Shown in pieces: positions 11,299 through 24,167 of a DNA stretch of 64,000 nucleotides; the stretch's first letter is position 1; each line of letters starts with the position of its first letter. The translations under genes and the position numbers were made by a program. The stretch is from Dimargaris cristalligena (Eukaryota): assembly GCA_003614675.1 (NCBI GenBank), contig ML002211.1, positions 1 to 64,000 of the forward strand, read 5' to 3'. Below the pieces are notes generated by a model. That model did no database searches. It was not told the DNA's origin and worked only from the letters and a program-made list of their open reading frames with translations.

Positions 11299-14200
11299 CT
11301 AAAGGGCCTGCAGAATATCCTGGACGTATGCGTTGCCCTGGAAATCCGAGTGGTATTTATCGCGTAAGATTTTCACCGCTGCCCGGACCTCGCTAGGCGT
11401 TAATTGCTTGAGATTGGGGGTCTGGCTAAACTCGGCCATAAATTGTTCCACCATGGCCCGACCGGCCTGCTCTTCCTCGGGGCCAAACTGGGCAGCGGCC
11501 ATTCCGGTGACTGGTGGGGCCCCGCTGCCACTCTTCACCTCGTCTGCTTTACGCGAGGCAGGTTGTTTCGGATTGCCATGGTTAGTATCGTCAGTGGCGG
11601 CCACGGCAAAATCCTCCAGCTCCTCGGCCTTACGTCTGGCAAGTTTGACCACCGAGTCCGGGAAATTGGCCAATTCGGCGACGTGGATACCGAAACTCTG
11701 GTCGCAAATCCCGGGCTTTACCTTGTATAGTAGTGTGATTTCCCGCCGCCCGTCTACTTCGCCAACGTGGGCCATCACGTGGAGGTTACCGACTTGGGGA
11801 AATTCGTCGGTTAAAGCGGTTAATTCGTGGAAGTGGGTAGCGAAGAGGCAGAAGCACCGGATGTTTTTCAAAATATACCTATTCCACGGGGCAAAGTAAA
11901 GGGAGGTTGACGGTGGTATACAAACAATGGGGTGACGACGAGTTAGCAGGAAATAAACGAATCCAGGCGAAGATATCCTCACAAGGGCAAACCATCTGTA
12001 CCTATATGGTATCCAAGTACGTAAAACTTACTCTGAGATGGCCCAGGCCAGGCCAAATCCATCATGGGTACTGGTCCCCCGACCCAGCTCGTCGATGATA
12101 ATAAGCGACCGCTCGGTCGCCGTCTTCAGGATGGACGAGGTTTCCAGCATCTCGGCCATGAACGTGGAAATGCCCTTGAGCTGGTTATCCCCGGCCCCGA
12201 CGCGGGCCAGCACACTGTCAAAGAGGCAAATCTGGGCCTCCTGACAAGGCACAAACGAGCCGACTTGGGCCATGAGCACAATGACCCCAATCTGGCGGAT
12301 ATAGGTAGACTTGCCCGACATATTAGGCCCGGTAATCACTTGGAACTCCATTTGATTATGGATCAGGGTCACATCGTTGGGGATAAAGGACACATCGTCC
12401 TGGACCTCGAGGCACGGATGGCGAGCCGCGGTAAGCCGCAAGTCTCCAATGTCAGTCATATCGGGGCGGATGTAGGGAATGGGCGCCTGTACCGCCGTGT
12501 GGGCCAGGCTCAAAATCACATCCAAATGGGCCAGTAGATCATTAAGCTGTTCAAAGACGGGGCAGTAGGAATTTACAATGCCCATCACCTCTTTGACTAA
12601 GGTGGATTGCACCCGCTGGTACTCCTGGGCCGCGTCGCTGTGGTCGGTGGATAGTTGTTTGAGGGTCGGCGTAGTAAAGTGTACACCATTGCGCTGTACG
12701 GCGAGTTCAATGTAGCGGGAAGTCTGATTCCGGATACACACTGCGTCGATTCGGGTCAGTCGGAAGCAGTACCCGTAGATGGGGTTCTTTTCGAGTTTCA
12801 GGCGTTTGTCGAGTTCCATCTGGAGGTCGTCACTCACCCGGGCTTGCTCGCGCATCATTTGCCGATACGCTTCGTTCATTTGAACCTCCAGCTCGCCCAG
12901 AGTGGGATCAAAGTCGGCCTTGATTTGGTACTGGTGGTAATCCACCTTGGTCAAATCAATCATGGTTTCCACCAGCTCCTGGAGTTTGGTGAGGTTCCCG
13001 ATGCAATCGGCTAGTGGCGTGAGGTAATGCTTGTTGATAAGATCGGGACATTCTGTAGCACCTTGTAAACTCTCCTGCAGGTCCGGTAATTTGATAACTA
13101 CCTGGTACACCCGGACAATATCTTGCAGTTGGGCCTTGTTCTTTTGGAATTTCTTGGCGATACGATTGAGGTCAGGAACTGAGCGAAGGTAGTCGTTCTA
13201 TTCTCGACAGAAAATAAGGGAGGCGTGGGCCAATTGAGCAAAGAAGGGTTTAATTGGTGAGTGATGGTATGTGAACAAGAAAATCCCCTGACTAGTATTT
13301 TTGGGGATCTCCTGCCTGGCCAGATTAATTCGGATTTTCCAATGTGATAATAAAAAAATGGAGCCGCTGTTGGTATTTGAACTTACGTGTAATGTCTGTA
13401 GCAATTCTGTGTCATCTACGAATTGGCCGACTAATGACTGTCGCTCGCGGATCTGGTCCAGGTTCATGAGCGGTTGTTTGAGCCATTGGCTGAGCAGTCG
13501 GGAACCCTGGGTGGTCTTACACTTATCCAAAAGACCGAACAGGCTCATGGATTTATTACCACCTAATGATAACAGGCCAATATGGCGATAAATTGATCGT
13601 TGTAGATCGATATACGTCTATAATTAGGGAGATTGAACGATGACTAAGACTCTAAGAGCCGGTACAAATGGGAACACGCCGACCCAGCTCTATTATCAGA
13701 GACTCGACTAGTTGACTTACCAAGTTGACTACTAGGCATAAGGTTAAGGGCACGGACGGCTGAGGCATCCAGCCGCATATACTGGGCCAAGTCATGCTTG
13801 CGAAGGGTGTAGTGGCCAAAGTTGCTGTCATCGGCCAGTAACTAATTGATGGGAATTGTAATGTGGTAATTCAATGGAAGTGAATGTAGTAAATAAAAGC
13901 CGTGCATTAATACTTGAAGGCGGCGGAGTCGGAGTTGATCAGATCTCAATGTAAATACATTTTCAATTGCGGGGAAGGGGAGTAGTCGATTTTAATTGGG
14001 TATCACCTAGTCATTGACTAGGAAGTGCAGGTATTCAATAACTTTAAGAGTAACGGGTGTAATGAAATAGTAATAAAAAAGAGTGTGTCGGCTTACTTAC
14101 CGATAAGTACTTGATCAAACCGGCAGCCGAACCCATGGCGTGAGTCATTTCAAACTCTGGCCGGGAAACAATCGACATTTCACCATCTAGTAATCGATTT

Positions 14201-15673
14201 AAATCTTGCTCGGCATTTTTGGTTTGAAAGTCGGCTATTTCAAAGACATATCAATATGGGCATTATCCCGCCAATATATATATGTGTGTTTGTAAAGAGA
14301 GGAGGGGGGGTTAATATCGGCGGAGAGGGTAGGGCGGGATTTCTGGCAAAATTAGGCCATAACCGCAAAAAAAGGTAATTTTAAGTGAAAAGGATGACTA
14401 TCTAGCCAGGTGGACTTACCGCGGCGGATCTCAGATATGACGACATTGCAACGTTTGAGCACGGCGTGGATTTTCTGAAGGTCGTACTCCTTATTCAAAT
14501 CCGAGATGGGCACCAGGCATTCCTTAATTCCGAGCTGAATAACCAGTGACTCCAAATTCGAGAACAAATCATTGTCCACAAATTCGCTGACGCCAATGTA
14601 CCGCTCGGTGGTATCGGCAAACGCGGCTCCGATTACTTTTTGGCCCTTTTGGAGGGTAAGTTGGATCGCCGCCACAATGGGGGCCACGGCCAGGTCGGTA
14701 TTGGCGAAAAGGATTTCCTCGAGCTCCTGCAGGTTGCCGGGGGAGGCCCGACGGCCCAGTCGCCAGTCCGCCGCGTTGCCGCCCTTGCGGGTATCGGTGA
14801 CCCAGATTTCCACCCGCATCTGGTGCACCAGAAGGGCTTCCCGGAGAAACGATTCAGTGACGAGGCGGGACATGGTGCAGCTGGGAATGCCGGTATTAAT
14901 GTCGCCCCCCAGGTATTTGAGGACCGTGGAGGTCTTGTAGACGGTGCGGGCGATATACAGGGCATCGTCGCCATGAACACTGTAGTAGTCCTGGTAATTT
15001 GGAAGGTCAGACGGGGAGAAGTGACGAATGATTAGTGCTGGGCAACGTGAATTAGTCTAAAGAAGTGAACCGAACTCAGATTGAGTAGCATTTAACTTTT
15101 AATAAGATGGCAGTACAATACTCTGCAATTTACCCCTGACGAACGCTCAAAGATTCGGATGGTTGAGTTGGATTTCTGTTGATGAGGCAGCAAGGGCCGA
15201 GATGAGAAATTTACCAATGCATACGCATAGTGATATACGGTTTGGTTAGCGAAAACGGACCAAGATTAATAAATTGGCGTTAGAATGAGTATTTAATATA
15301 CAGGAATGTGGTAGGTGTTATAGTCACATCAACAGGGTTGATCTAGCATAGAGAGAGGGTCTTACCTTTTCTAAAGCGCGGAAGAACCCGCAAAAGCCCA
15401 ACTCGGCCCTGTTGTCTAATATAAAGTGGTTTATTGTAACAACGGGGTTTGATATATAGTATTAGATATGGTATTCCGATAGGGAGAGGGAGGTTAAACA
15501 GGTCAACTACTGGCCGAATGCGGAACTGAACGAGCGAATGAGGCCGGTTGTCTAGTCGATGAGTCGACTATAGTCACTGTCTGGTATTGACCGCCGCAGT
15601 AGAGTAACCAGGAGCCGCTGGGCTGGGCCTTACCAAGGTCCAGAGTCGGACGGTCTTTGATATCGCTGGACAT
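11299..15673 (-). CDS. MSH2: DNA mismatch repair protein MSH2, 959 aa; exons 15673-15634, 15415-15366, 15175-15134, 14990-14420, 14234-14101, 13841-13721, 13562-13387, 13197-12032, 11878-11299
   Basis: All eight introns GT-AG and phase-compatible (total 2880 nt). MSH2 N-terminal TIRIFER...[31 protein letters not shown]; MutS ATPase motifs [54 protein letters not shown]. Confidence 0.96.
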
Positions 15674-16708
15674 GTTAAGTATTGACTGGGTTGAGGGAAT
15701 GAGAAGAGGCGGAGGATTGAAGTAGAATCGAAGCTGAATACATCAATAAAACAGGGCCGCATGTTTCATGTTCAAGGCAAATGGCTGGTATAGACAACAA
15801 ACCATAGCCAAGTAAGTCACACACCCAATCAGAGGGCGGATTGATCCTCCTTGCCTGATGGGATAAAAAAAAACACCCAGAATTGTTTATGTGTGGAGAC
15901 GGTCGCTAAGGTAGAAGAGCTGTCCACACACTATGGTGGTTCCATAAGTTGATGTCACAACAAACCCACACTGCCAGAATACACCTTTGGTCAAATTACA
16001 CCAAACCCACCTAATAGGCAATATCCACCTCGTTTTCTACTACGAAAATATATATTACTGGCCATCTCGAGAAGGGCCTGGCTGGTGTTGCAGTGGAGCA
16101 TGTCCAACACTTCTAATGTAACTAACTATGAAGCTAATGAACTTGGACTGACCTCAGTGGGCCTTTAGAACAAACGTAATAGTAAGTGGGAGGGATGGTA
16201 CAAGCAAGGAGGTGTCTTTATTATATACTGCTAAGAATGAAGTGCAATAATAGTATAGCTAACTGTATAAAATTAAATCAATCTGGAAATGCGACTTCAC
16301 TTAGAAAGGAGAGGGAACTAACGCGGACATTTCCAACAACGGACTGAAGGTAGACGATGGGCTAGCCAAAACAACACAAAAATTCAAAGAGAGGTGGTGA
16401 AGTTCTACAGAAAAGAACCCGCAATGAGGTATTGGAAGCTGGGTAAAGGGTTTATATATATATAATAACAGAATGCAACAAACTTTGCCTTTCTTTACCT
16501 TATTCCCCCCACTGACTAGATATGAAGGGAAAGGGGAGAAAGCCACCACCAACAACAACAACAATCAAAGCGGAAGAAGAAACTGTATATAGGGGGAGGG
16601 TGGGGTAGGCAAAAAAGTGTAGATACCCATCTCGACCCCCTTCCAAGCGAGTAGTCTTTGCTGGCTACCCCACACACACATGCCATTGCACCATTCGCGT
16701 ATTCTAAG

Positions 16709-19365
16709 CTAGTCGCAGACTTTACTGTACATGTTTTTGCGATTAGGCGGGAGGGCCCCCCGGGACGCCCATGAGATGCCACAGGCGTTGCACAGGGTTT
16801 TAATACCACGGGGACCCTTGCGGACCACCGTGGTCCGCGTGCCGTCGGAGCCGCAGTGCGTGCACCGCCAAGTAAGGACTTCGTCTTCACTGAGGCGGGA
16901 TGATCGGGTACTCGATTGCGACGGGGTACGCACCGGCCGTTGGCCGGGTCCGGGCGACGGCGAATGGGAGTGGGGTGGCGAGTACAGCTGTGCGGAGAGC
17001 GTGGGATTCATGCGTGGAGTGTAGCCCGACGCAGATCCCGCTGGGTCGCCGCCGGACCCCAAACCGGAGGTATTAAGGTTAGGAAGGTGAGCGGAGAGCG
17101 ATACTGGTCCCCGCTGGGGTCCCAGGGAAATCCCCAATTCGTAGTTCCAGGTACTGACTTGTGGGGATCCACGACGCTGCCGGCTTGAATGGAGTAGCCG
17201 AGAGGTCTCCCGCCGTAATCGACGAATACTACGCTCCCGGTCAATCATAATCTTCTCTAGGTCGTCTTGGGTGAGCTCCTCGAGTTGGGGGGTCCACAAC
17301 TCACCCTTATCGGGGGGTCGGAACACATTAATGGCGTGGTCCGACTTGAAGGGAACCGAAGCTGGTTGGTGGTGGTTACTGGAACCCTCGGTAGGCATCG
17401 GAAGGGCATCCAGAGACTCGGGATCCCCTCGACTTACTTCCAACAGTCCGGTGTCGACCTCCAAGTCAAGGCGCTCCCGCTGATACCGCAAGAGCTGCTC
17501 CCGGATGTTGTGGGCGATCAGGGCCGGGAATTCCCCACCGAGGCCCAAGTCCGCGGCTAGCCCTCGAGCGAACTCTTCCGGCATGCTGGCGCCGTTTTCA
17601 TCGTTAAGTGACGTCGTCAAGTCCCACTCAAACTGGTCACGTAGAAGCTGTTTACCTACCTGCAGGTCAAGTAGGATGGTGACCCGAATGGGTTCGACGT
17701 AGTACTCAGCAGGGGCGCCGGAGGCTTCCCCACTGCTGTCATTCATGGTCGTTAGCTCCTCATGCCTCATCTTTTGGATATCATAAAAGGTTGTGTAATC
17801 GGAGAGTTGGGCCCGGATGGACTGGCTGATGGAATCGATATTGGATGTATTGGCGACATTGAGATCCTGACAGAGCAGCTGGGCGAATTTCTCAGGGGTC
17901 ATGTACGTTTCTAGTGTGGGTAAGTTTGGGGAAGAAGAGTAGTGAGAAAAATAAGAACGAACGGTTAGTCGACCGCTGGAAAGAAGGATTGTATGTGGTA
18001 ATAAGGGTTGTTAAAACACACGCATATATATATATGCGCATATAGGATACCAAAGTGCGGGGAACGCATGAGGTACATACACCCAAGTGTATTCTAGGGT
18101 GTGTGACAGGAGAGTGGTTGATCGTGATAATCTCAGGGAGCCTAGCTAATCAAGGGGGGTCTGCTTGGCTTTCCACTCGGTAGCCCGAAGATCCCCCAGT
18201 GACCGGTAAAAGAAGACTGAGGAGCACGTCACTTCCCTAAAGTGCCCACAATCTAAAAAATCAAACAAACGAATGGCTTACCATTTAGGTTCCACATGAA
18301 CACGTCGTGGAGCTTGGTACTCTCCAAATCAAGGTCAATACGAACGGGGATCAGGAACTCGGGCAGTTTAGCCAGATCCAGCGCGGCGTAGTCGTTCAAG
18401 TGCATGTGGTCGGTCCCTTTCATAACCCGGCTAATCACCTGACCGTCCACGATGGCGGGGGGCTGACCGAGGGCAATTAAATTCCGCGAAGATGCCTTTT
18501 CCGGGCGACCTTCCTCGTCGAAAATAGACTCATCTTCACTATCCGAATCATCCCGCAGGATCCGTCGACCCCCACGGCGCCCTCCACCCGCACCGCTGCC
18601 CCCGCCACTCCGGGGGTTACTCCACTCTATGGGCACCAAAAGAGAAGTGGTGCCGTCCTGGAGACGGGCCGCATAAGTGGAGAACGTGTTGGGCCGGGGT
18701 ACCGGTGGGGGGCGCGGCATGGGGCGGGGCACCGCTGCCTGGTGCGGGGGCATGGGCATGCCCATACCTTGTTGCTGATGCTGATGCATCATATTAGGCT
18801 GCATCATGCCCATATGGGGAACCCCCGGCCTCGGCTGGCCCGGAATCCCACCGGGGGACATCATATTCACCATTGGACCGCCGCCGGGGTACATGGACAT
18901 GGCGGGGGCCAAGGGCATCGGACCACCGGGTGACGGACGGGGTTGTAGGGGACTATTATTCGCGTTAATGGCCGCCCCCAGTCGCTGGGCCAGTGGAGTT
19001 CCCGCCGCTCCTACTGCTGACATGGAATTAACGACCCCAGGGGGCTTCCCTGGTATCGACCACTGCATATTAGCCGGTCGGATATTGGATAGGCCCAGGT
19101 TGGGGTGCAGGGGACTACCGGAAGTGGGACTCATCATGGGTCGGGCCTGATTAGGAGCTAGTGGCACGCGGTGGGCGGGGATCGGACTGTTGGCGAAAAA
19201 CCGGTCATAAGTGTGGGGGGTTTTGACCGAAGCGAGCCGATTGGGCATTTGTGAGGCGATCGGACGGAAATTGGACAGAAGATTAGGGGTGGGACGCGTC
19301 GGAGTGCCTGGATGGCTACCGGTAGGGTTCCCTGGTAATGAATAGGCGGGTGTGCCGGCGTTCAT
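16709..19365 (-). CDS. SFH1: Sfh1/Snf5-family chromatin-remodelling subunit with C-terminal GATA-type zinc finger, ~761 aa; exons 19365-18282 and 17910-16709
   Basis: Two SNF5 repeats (LIPVRIDLD...DVFMWNLN|ETYMTPEKFAQLLCQDL; LRDQFEWDL...PEEFARGLAADLGLGGEF...IAHNIREQL); C-terminal CTHC-x20-CNAC; phase-1 GT-AG intron joins the two ORFs; Pro/Met/Gln-rich N-terminus. Confidence 0.85.
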
Positions 19366-19806
19366 GGTGGCTATCCGGCACTGTGACAGGGTTGAAGATG
19401 TGGTGAGTTTGGGAGGGAGGAAGGAAGCAATTGGTCGTACTACCCAAAGAAAGTAAAGTCCCGTGGAGTGTGAGTGAATATATATATATAAAGATTTATA
19501 CGGGACAACAATAGCTGCTACTGGGTTAAACCACTGAATTCTGCCACCAGATGAAAGTGAGAAGTGGATAAACGGAAAATAGATCAGGTCACAGTAAATT
19601 GGCTTCACGGTTGGCCAAAAAGTAATGGAACCGAATGGAATGGTAATAAAAAGGATGGGCAGAGCAAACTAAGCGGAGTACACCAAAAGGGAATAATCTA
19701 GGGAATAAAATACGCGAACTAACGGAATCGTAGAGTGTACCGGTTGTACACGCGCGCTTGGGTGTGGATCCTTATAAGTAAATATTGAAAGCGAAGGGTA
19801 CGTGAA

Positions 19807-19830
19807 CTACTACTACTACTACTACTACTA
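19807..19830 (+). repeat. (CTA/TAC)n microsatellite upstream of SFH1
   Basis: ctactactactactactactacta run. Confidence 0.85.
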
Positions 19831-20567
19831 CCACAACTGGTATTGGGATCAGCGAGGGTCTGGAGAAAGTAACACGGGGAGAAAGCACTGTAGTTGGAGC
19901 GGACTAAGAAGCCAAATAATCTTCTAAGCTACCAACAATGAAAATGATGACAATAACGGTAGGTGGAGGAGAGGATACAAGGCAGGAATCTTCTATCTAT
20001 CTATTCAGGCTAAAAGGGGACAGCTGGAGTTCGTTGAACAGGCGGTGAAGAAAGGAGTCAAACCCTGAAAAGATACGGAATTGAAGTACTGACGCTAGGC
20101 ACTGGGCTGCATGGACAATACATCCATGTCAAATATCACTGCTTTCAGCATACGTTAGAACTTATCCGGCGTAGACCCTGTGGAACCCGCCTCTAAGAAT
20201 GGAGCGAGAGGGTCTTGCTTAAAGGAACTAACTAACTACCTCCCCCCCCTACCCCCCGAAACCCCTGAATAAGGTGCCACCTAATCTAATTAGTGCACCG
20301 TTCTTATACAGGCCAGACGCTCCATGGGGGGGGATCTACGATGCCTGTATATTCCGGCCACGCTTCCTCTGGCGCCAATCGACTTGATTTATGTATGCCG
20401 TGAACATATACTATTTATTTAGTCAGTTACATCATCATAGTAGTGAGTGTAAAAACAGCACCAAATGATAGATTGCATTATTTTATGTATATATTCAATA
20501 TCAGCCCCGGGTGGATTAAAACGACCCAACTGCCAATTTAAGACCCCTTTGTATAGGAGGGGGTGAG

Positions 20568-21209
20568 TTAGAGCGGTTGTTCAGGGAGCGCCGAGGCCTC
20601 CTGGTAAGTCCCGCTCCGCCCCCCAGTCTTGTACACCACGCGCACGTTCGTCAGCGTTGCTCCACGGGCCACACTCTTACACATATCAATCACCGTCAGT
20701 CCCGCCACGGCCACGGCCGTTAATGCTTCCATTTCCACCCCCGTTTTCTCCGCTGCGCACATCGTACTACTCTCCAGTTCCACCGCCAAGTCTGCTTCGT
20801 TCAATCGCAACTGAACCTGAATGTCGGTCAAGGCAATGGGATGGCAGAGGGGGATGAGTTGCGCCGTCAGTTTGGCCCCCTGAATCCCCGCGACCTGCCC
20901 CACCGTGAGCACATCCCCCTTGCGGATGGCTTGGCGTTGGACGGCCTCGAACGCCTTTCGGTCGTGTAATAGTACTTGGCCACGGGCGAGGGCTTGGCGA
21001 CGAGTGGGGGGCTTGTCCGACACATCAACCATGTTGAGTCGGCCACTTTGGGGATCCACATGGGTCAGTTCAGCTGGGGTGGACAAAGGGCTCTCAGCAC
21101 CCGGAGCACGTGTGGAGTAGTAGTTGCGGTGGTTTCGAGGGTTTCCGAGGAAACTCCGCCGAAGTCGCGCTAGCAAGCGGGGTTGAAGGAGTCCAGGCGA
21201 CTGGTGCAT
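20568..21209 (-). CDS. moaC: Cyclic pyranopterin monophosphate synthase MoaC (molybdenum cofactor biosynthesis) with probable mitochondrial presequence, ~213 aa
   Basis: LTHVD...MVDVSDK, RKGDVL, LIPLCHP, TGVEMEAL, DMCK, KTGGRSG motifs; Arg/Leu/Ser-rich acid-free N-terminus from ATG 21209. Confidence 0.92.
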   Translation of the reverse strand: MHQSPGLLQPRLLARLRRSFLGNPRNHRNYYSTRAPGAESPLSTPAELTHVDPQSGRLNMVDVSDKPPTRRQALARGQVLLHDRKAFEAVQRQAIRKGDVLTVGQVAGIQGAKLTAQLIPLCHPIALTDIQVQLRLNEADLAVELESSTMCAAEKTGVEMEALTAVAVAGLTVIDMCKSVARGATLTNVRVVYKTGGRSGTYQEASALPEQPL

Positions 21210-22440
21210 GTGTAAGTCTATAGACGGGTTGGAATAGGAATGGGAAAGGGCAAGTAAACTTAACAATACGTCTTTAGGTACAGTTTGATGAAGAGCATGG
21301 GTAAACAGTCATAGGCGTATATACTAGTTGGGGTGATTAACTCCCGGATAATACTGCTAAGGATCATCGCCCCACCACCCTTGGTTAAATACTGTACATA
21401 CAATATACTCTCATACCTTTTCTTGGTCGACCATTACCACTACACTAGACATGGGCGGTCGAAGATTTCCACAATTCAACAATAGTCACACATTCACAAA
21501 AGGGCACACTCATCCATCACTAAAACAGATCAGTAGTGCGAAGTCCACTACTTATAAACCGTACTATTGTATAGGGTGCCCACCTCTCCACAGTTCCCCA
21601 GGAATTCAACAATGGGCCAATTTACAGCTACAAAGAGAGAGAGAGAAGTAGGGGGAACCTGCATACTTTTATTGGGCTGAAGGCGGGAAGATGTTGGTAT
21701 TTGAAAAGCCAGAGAATTGGCAAGAGTACAGATATAAAAAGGAAAGGGGACACAACGCAGGGTAAATCTCCAGCTGAACACATGGGGCGCTTTTGGCGTG
21801 GCAAATGCGAAATGGAAGTGAACAACGACTGAACGCAAGGTGGAGTGCTGTGGGGGGGGTGAGGGTAAGGGGGATATATAATTAGATACATCAATTACTG
21901 AAGTGAGGAGGGGGGTAGATGTAATGGGAAAGAGGTCGGTCCGAATGGACCAAGCTATGACTAAATAAATCGGGGGAGTTTGTCGAAAGTTGAAAGACGT
22001 TAAAAGCAATTAGATGGATGCGGTAGTACAGAAAGTGGGAGGTGACGAAAAGTCAGAAGAAATCAAAAAGATGCAGCGGGAAATCCACGGTTTGGAGTCG
22101 AGCTGAAAAGGGGGGAAAGGAAATAGGCCCACGCCATGTTAAATAGGGTGAGTGATCTTGGTGATCATATATCCGGGGATAGATAAGGGGCGGAGAAAAG
22201 AAGCGGTGTTATGAAGGGGGATATAAACTAAAAAGAGGTTCAAAAGAAACCGGGGTGACAAGAGAAAGGTGGGCTAGGGCAGAAATACAGAACAATGAAA
22301 CGAAATCAACTGGGCTGGTGAGCAACCACGCGGCCGCAAATAAGGTTATGCGAACGAACCAAAGAAATCGCCAACAAGCACAATTGTACTCTCTTCTATC
22401 TTAAGCGACGGCAACAGGTCGAGTAGGGTAGAGAAGGCAC

Positions 22441-24167
22441 TTATTTGGAGTGCATCCAAGTGGGCTGAGGCATCTTGGGCTTGGGGGGGAGACCGCCCTG
22501 CCACGAGATCTTCTGACCGAACGAGTAGTGCTCCTGGGCGGGCAGGTTGTGGAAACTGGCCTTGATCTCGTCTTCGAAGGTGGCCTTGCCGGTGTAGGAG
22601 GTATCCATGACGCATGATGGCTCGAAAGCGGCACCCTTGTAAGCATAGTTGAATGAGCGGTGTTCAAACCCTTCGGTACGGGCCTTGTCGGGCTGGTCGC
22701 TGTGGATGTGGCGCATGTTGTTGACGTGCTTGTGCTCGTAGGCCCGCATGTTACCGGACTTGGCGTCCTCCTCATGCTCGCTCTGGTGGTAAAAGTGCGA
22801 CTTGTCAGAGAAGTGAGATTTCTTTCCGTCCTTGCCCAGTTCGTGGCCCTCCTCCTGGCGATCGAGGGAAAGGTGGTCAAACGCCCGCTGGAAACCGGAC
22901 ATAGGGTTGCGGACGTGGTCACTGTGCTGGATGTGACGGGTGTGGCGGTCCAGGGCCCGGGCACCATCGGCCTCTTGTTCGGCGTGCTCGTTGTACAGGC
23001 TGTGGTTGTAGTGCTGGTTCTTGTTCTCATCTTCCCACATGCCCTTGCTCTCCTTGAAGGTACCGTGACCCTCGATGGGGCGGGCAACCACGCTGCCGGG
23101 ACCACCGGACACGGGGGCGCTGGGGGGAGGGGTGTGGAAGGCCTTGCCGAACCATTCGCGATCGGGGTGGCCGAAGTTATGGCCGTGGTCGTGACCGTGG
23201 CCCTGGTGGCCGTAGTGGTTGGCAACCAGCTTCTCCTTGGCGGCGGTTTCGTCTGCGGCCTTCTTGCCGGGGCTGCTAGGGGCCTTCTTGGCCTCCTCGG
23301 GCTTGGCGGAGGGCTTAGGGGTCTCCTTCTTCGCCTCGCTGGGCTTGGGGGTGTCCTTCTTTTCGGCCTTCTTCTCTTCTTTCTTTTCCTCCTTCTTGGC
23401 GGGGGGAGGGGGAGGGGGGAAGAGAGCCATGATGGCCATGATGGTGTCCTTCACGTAGACCTCGGCCTCGGTCTTCTTGTCGGGGAGGTGGGTAGTGATG
23501 TTATGAATATACCGGAAGCCTTCGTAAACAGTGGGGCGGGTGATGAGGCGCTCGAAGCGACCCACAACCTCGGTACCGAACTTGCCTTCGACACCGGTAG
23601 GGTGGCCCGTGCGGTTCTTGACGCGCTCTTTGCAGGTTTTTCCGCTCACGTCGAAGTAAAGAGCATCAACCAGAGCCCCATGGGTCTCGCCCATGTTGAC
23701 CCAGACCTTGCGCTGGTCTTCATCGAAGTTGCAGCGGTCAATGACAATGCACTTGTTTTCCTTGAGGTGCTTTTCAGCATGGCTTTCGCACAGGGCGCGG
23801 CTGCCCAGCTCGTCTTGGTTAATGCGGAGGTAATTCTAGAGGGGAGGCAGGAAGATTGGAGGGGTAATGATAGGGGGTTAGCTAGGGGAGCTACGGGCGA
23901 GGATCTTAAAAGGAAGACGCACGACGCCGACAGTAACATTATGCCAGGTGGGCGTAGAGGTGAGTGAGTATAGCCTGCGAACCCCCCTATACACACCGCA
24001 GGACATGCATGACACACTCTGCTTGAAGTGGGCGAAGGAGGTACTTCGGGCGAGAATAAAGAGGTACGGCGGAGACGACTTACTTTCTCAAGCTCGCACA
24101 GCTTCTTGGCGAAGGCGGTTTTACCACAACCGGGGAGACCGACGAGGACCAAAATATGCTTGCCCAT
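22441..24167 (-). CDS. P-loop kinase (AAA_33 / polynucleotide-kinase-like) fused to Pro/Lys/Glu linker and His-rich C-terminal region, 492 aa; exons 24167-24084 and 23835-22441
   Basis: Walker A ILVLVGLPGCGKT in exon 1; after GT-AG intron: YLRINQDELGSR...IVIDRCNFDEDQRKVWV...CKERVKNRTGHPT...FERLITRPTVYEGF, typical of this kinase family; strong C/G third-position bias throughout. Confidence 0.85.

Noticed and set aside
22660-23967. 435-aa ORF on + strand
   Set aside because: Antisense shadow of the strongly codon-biased kinase gene; Val/Leu/Gly-rich mirror composition, no motifs.
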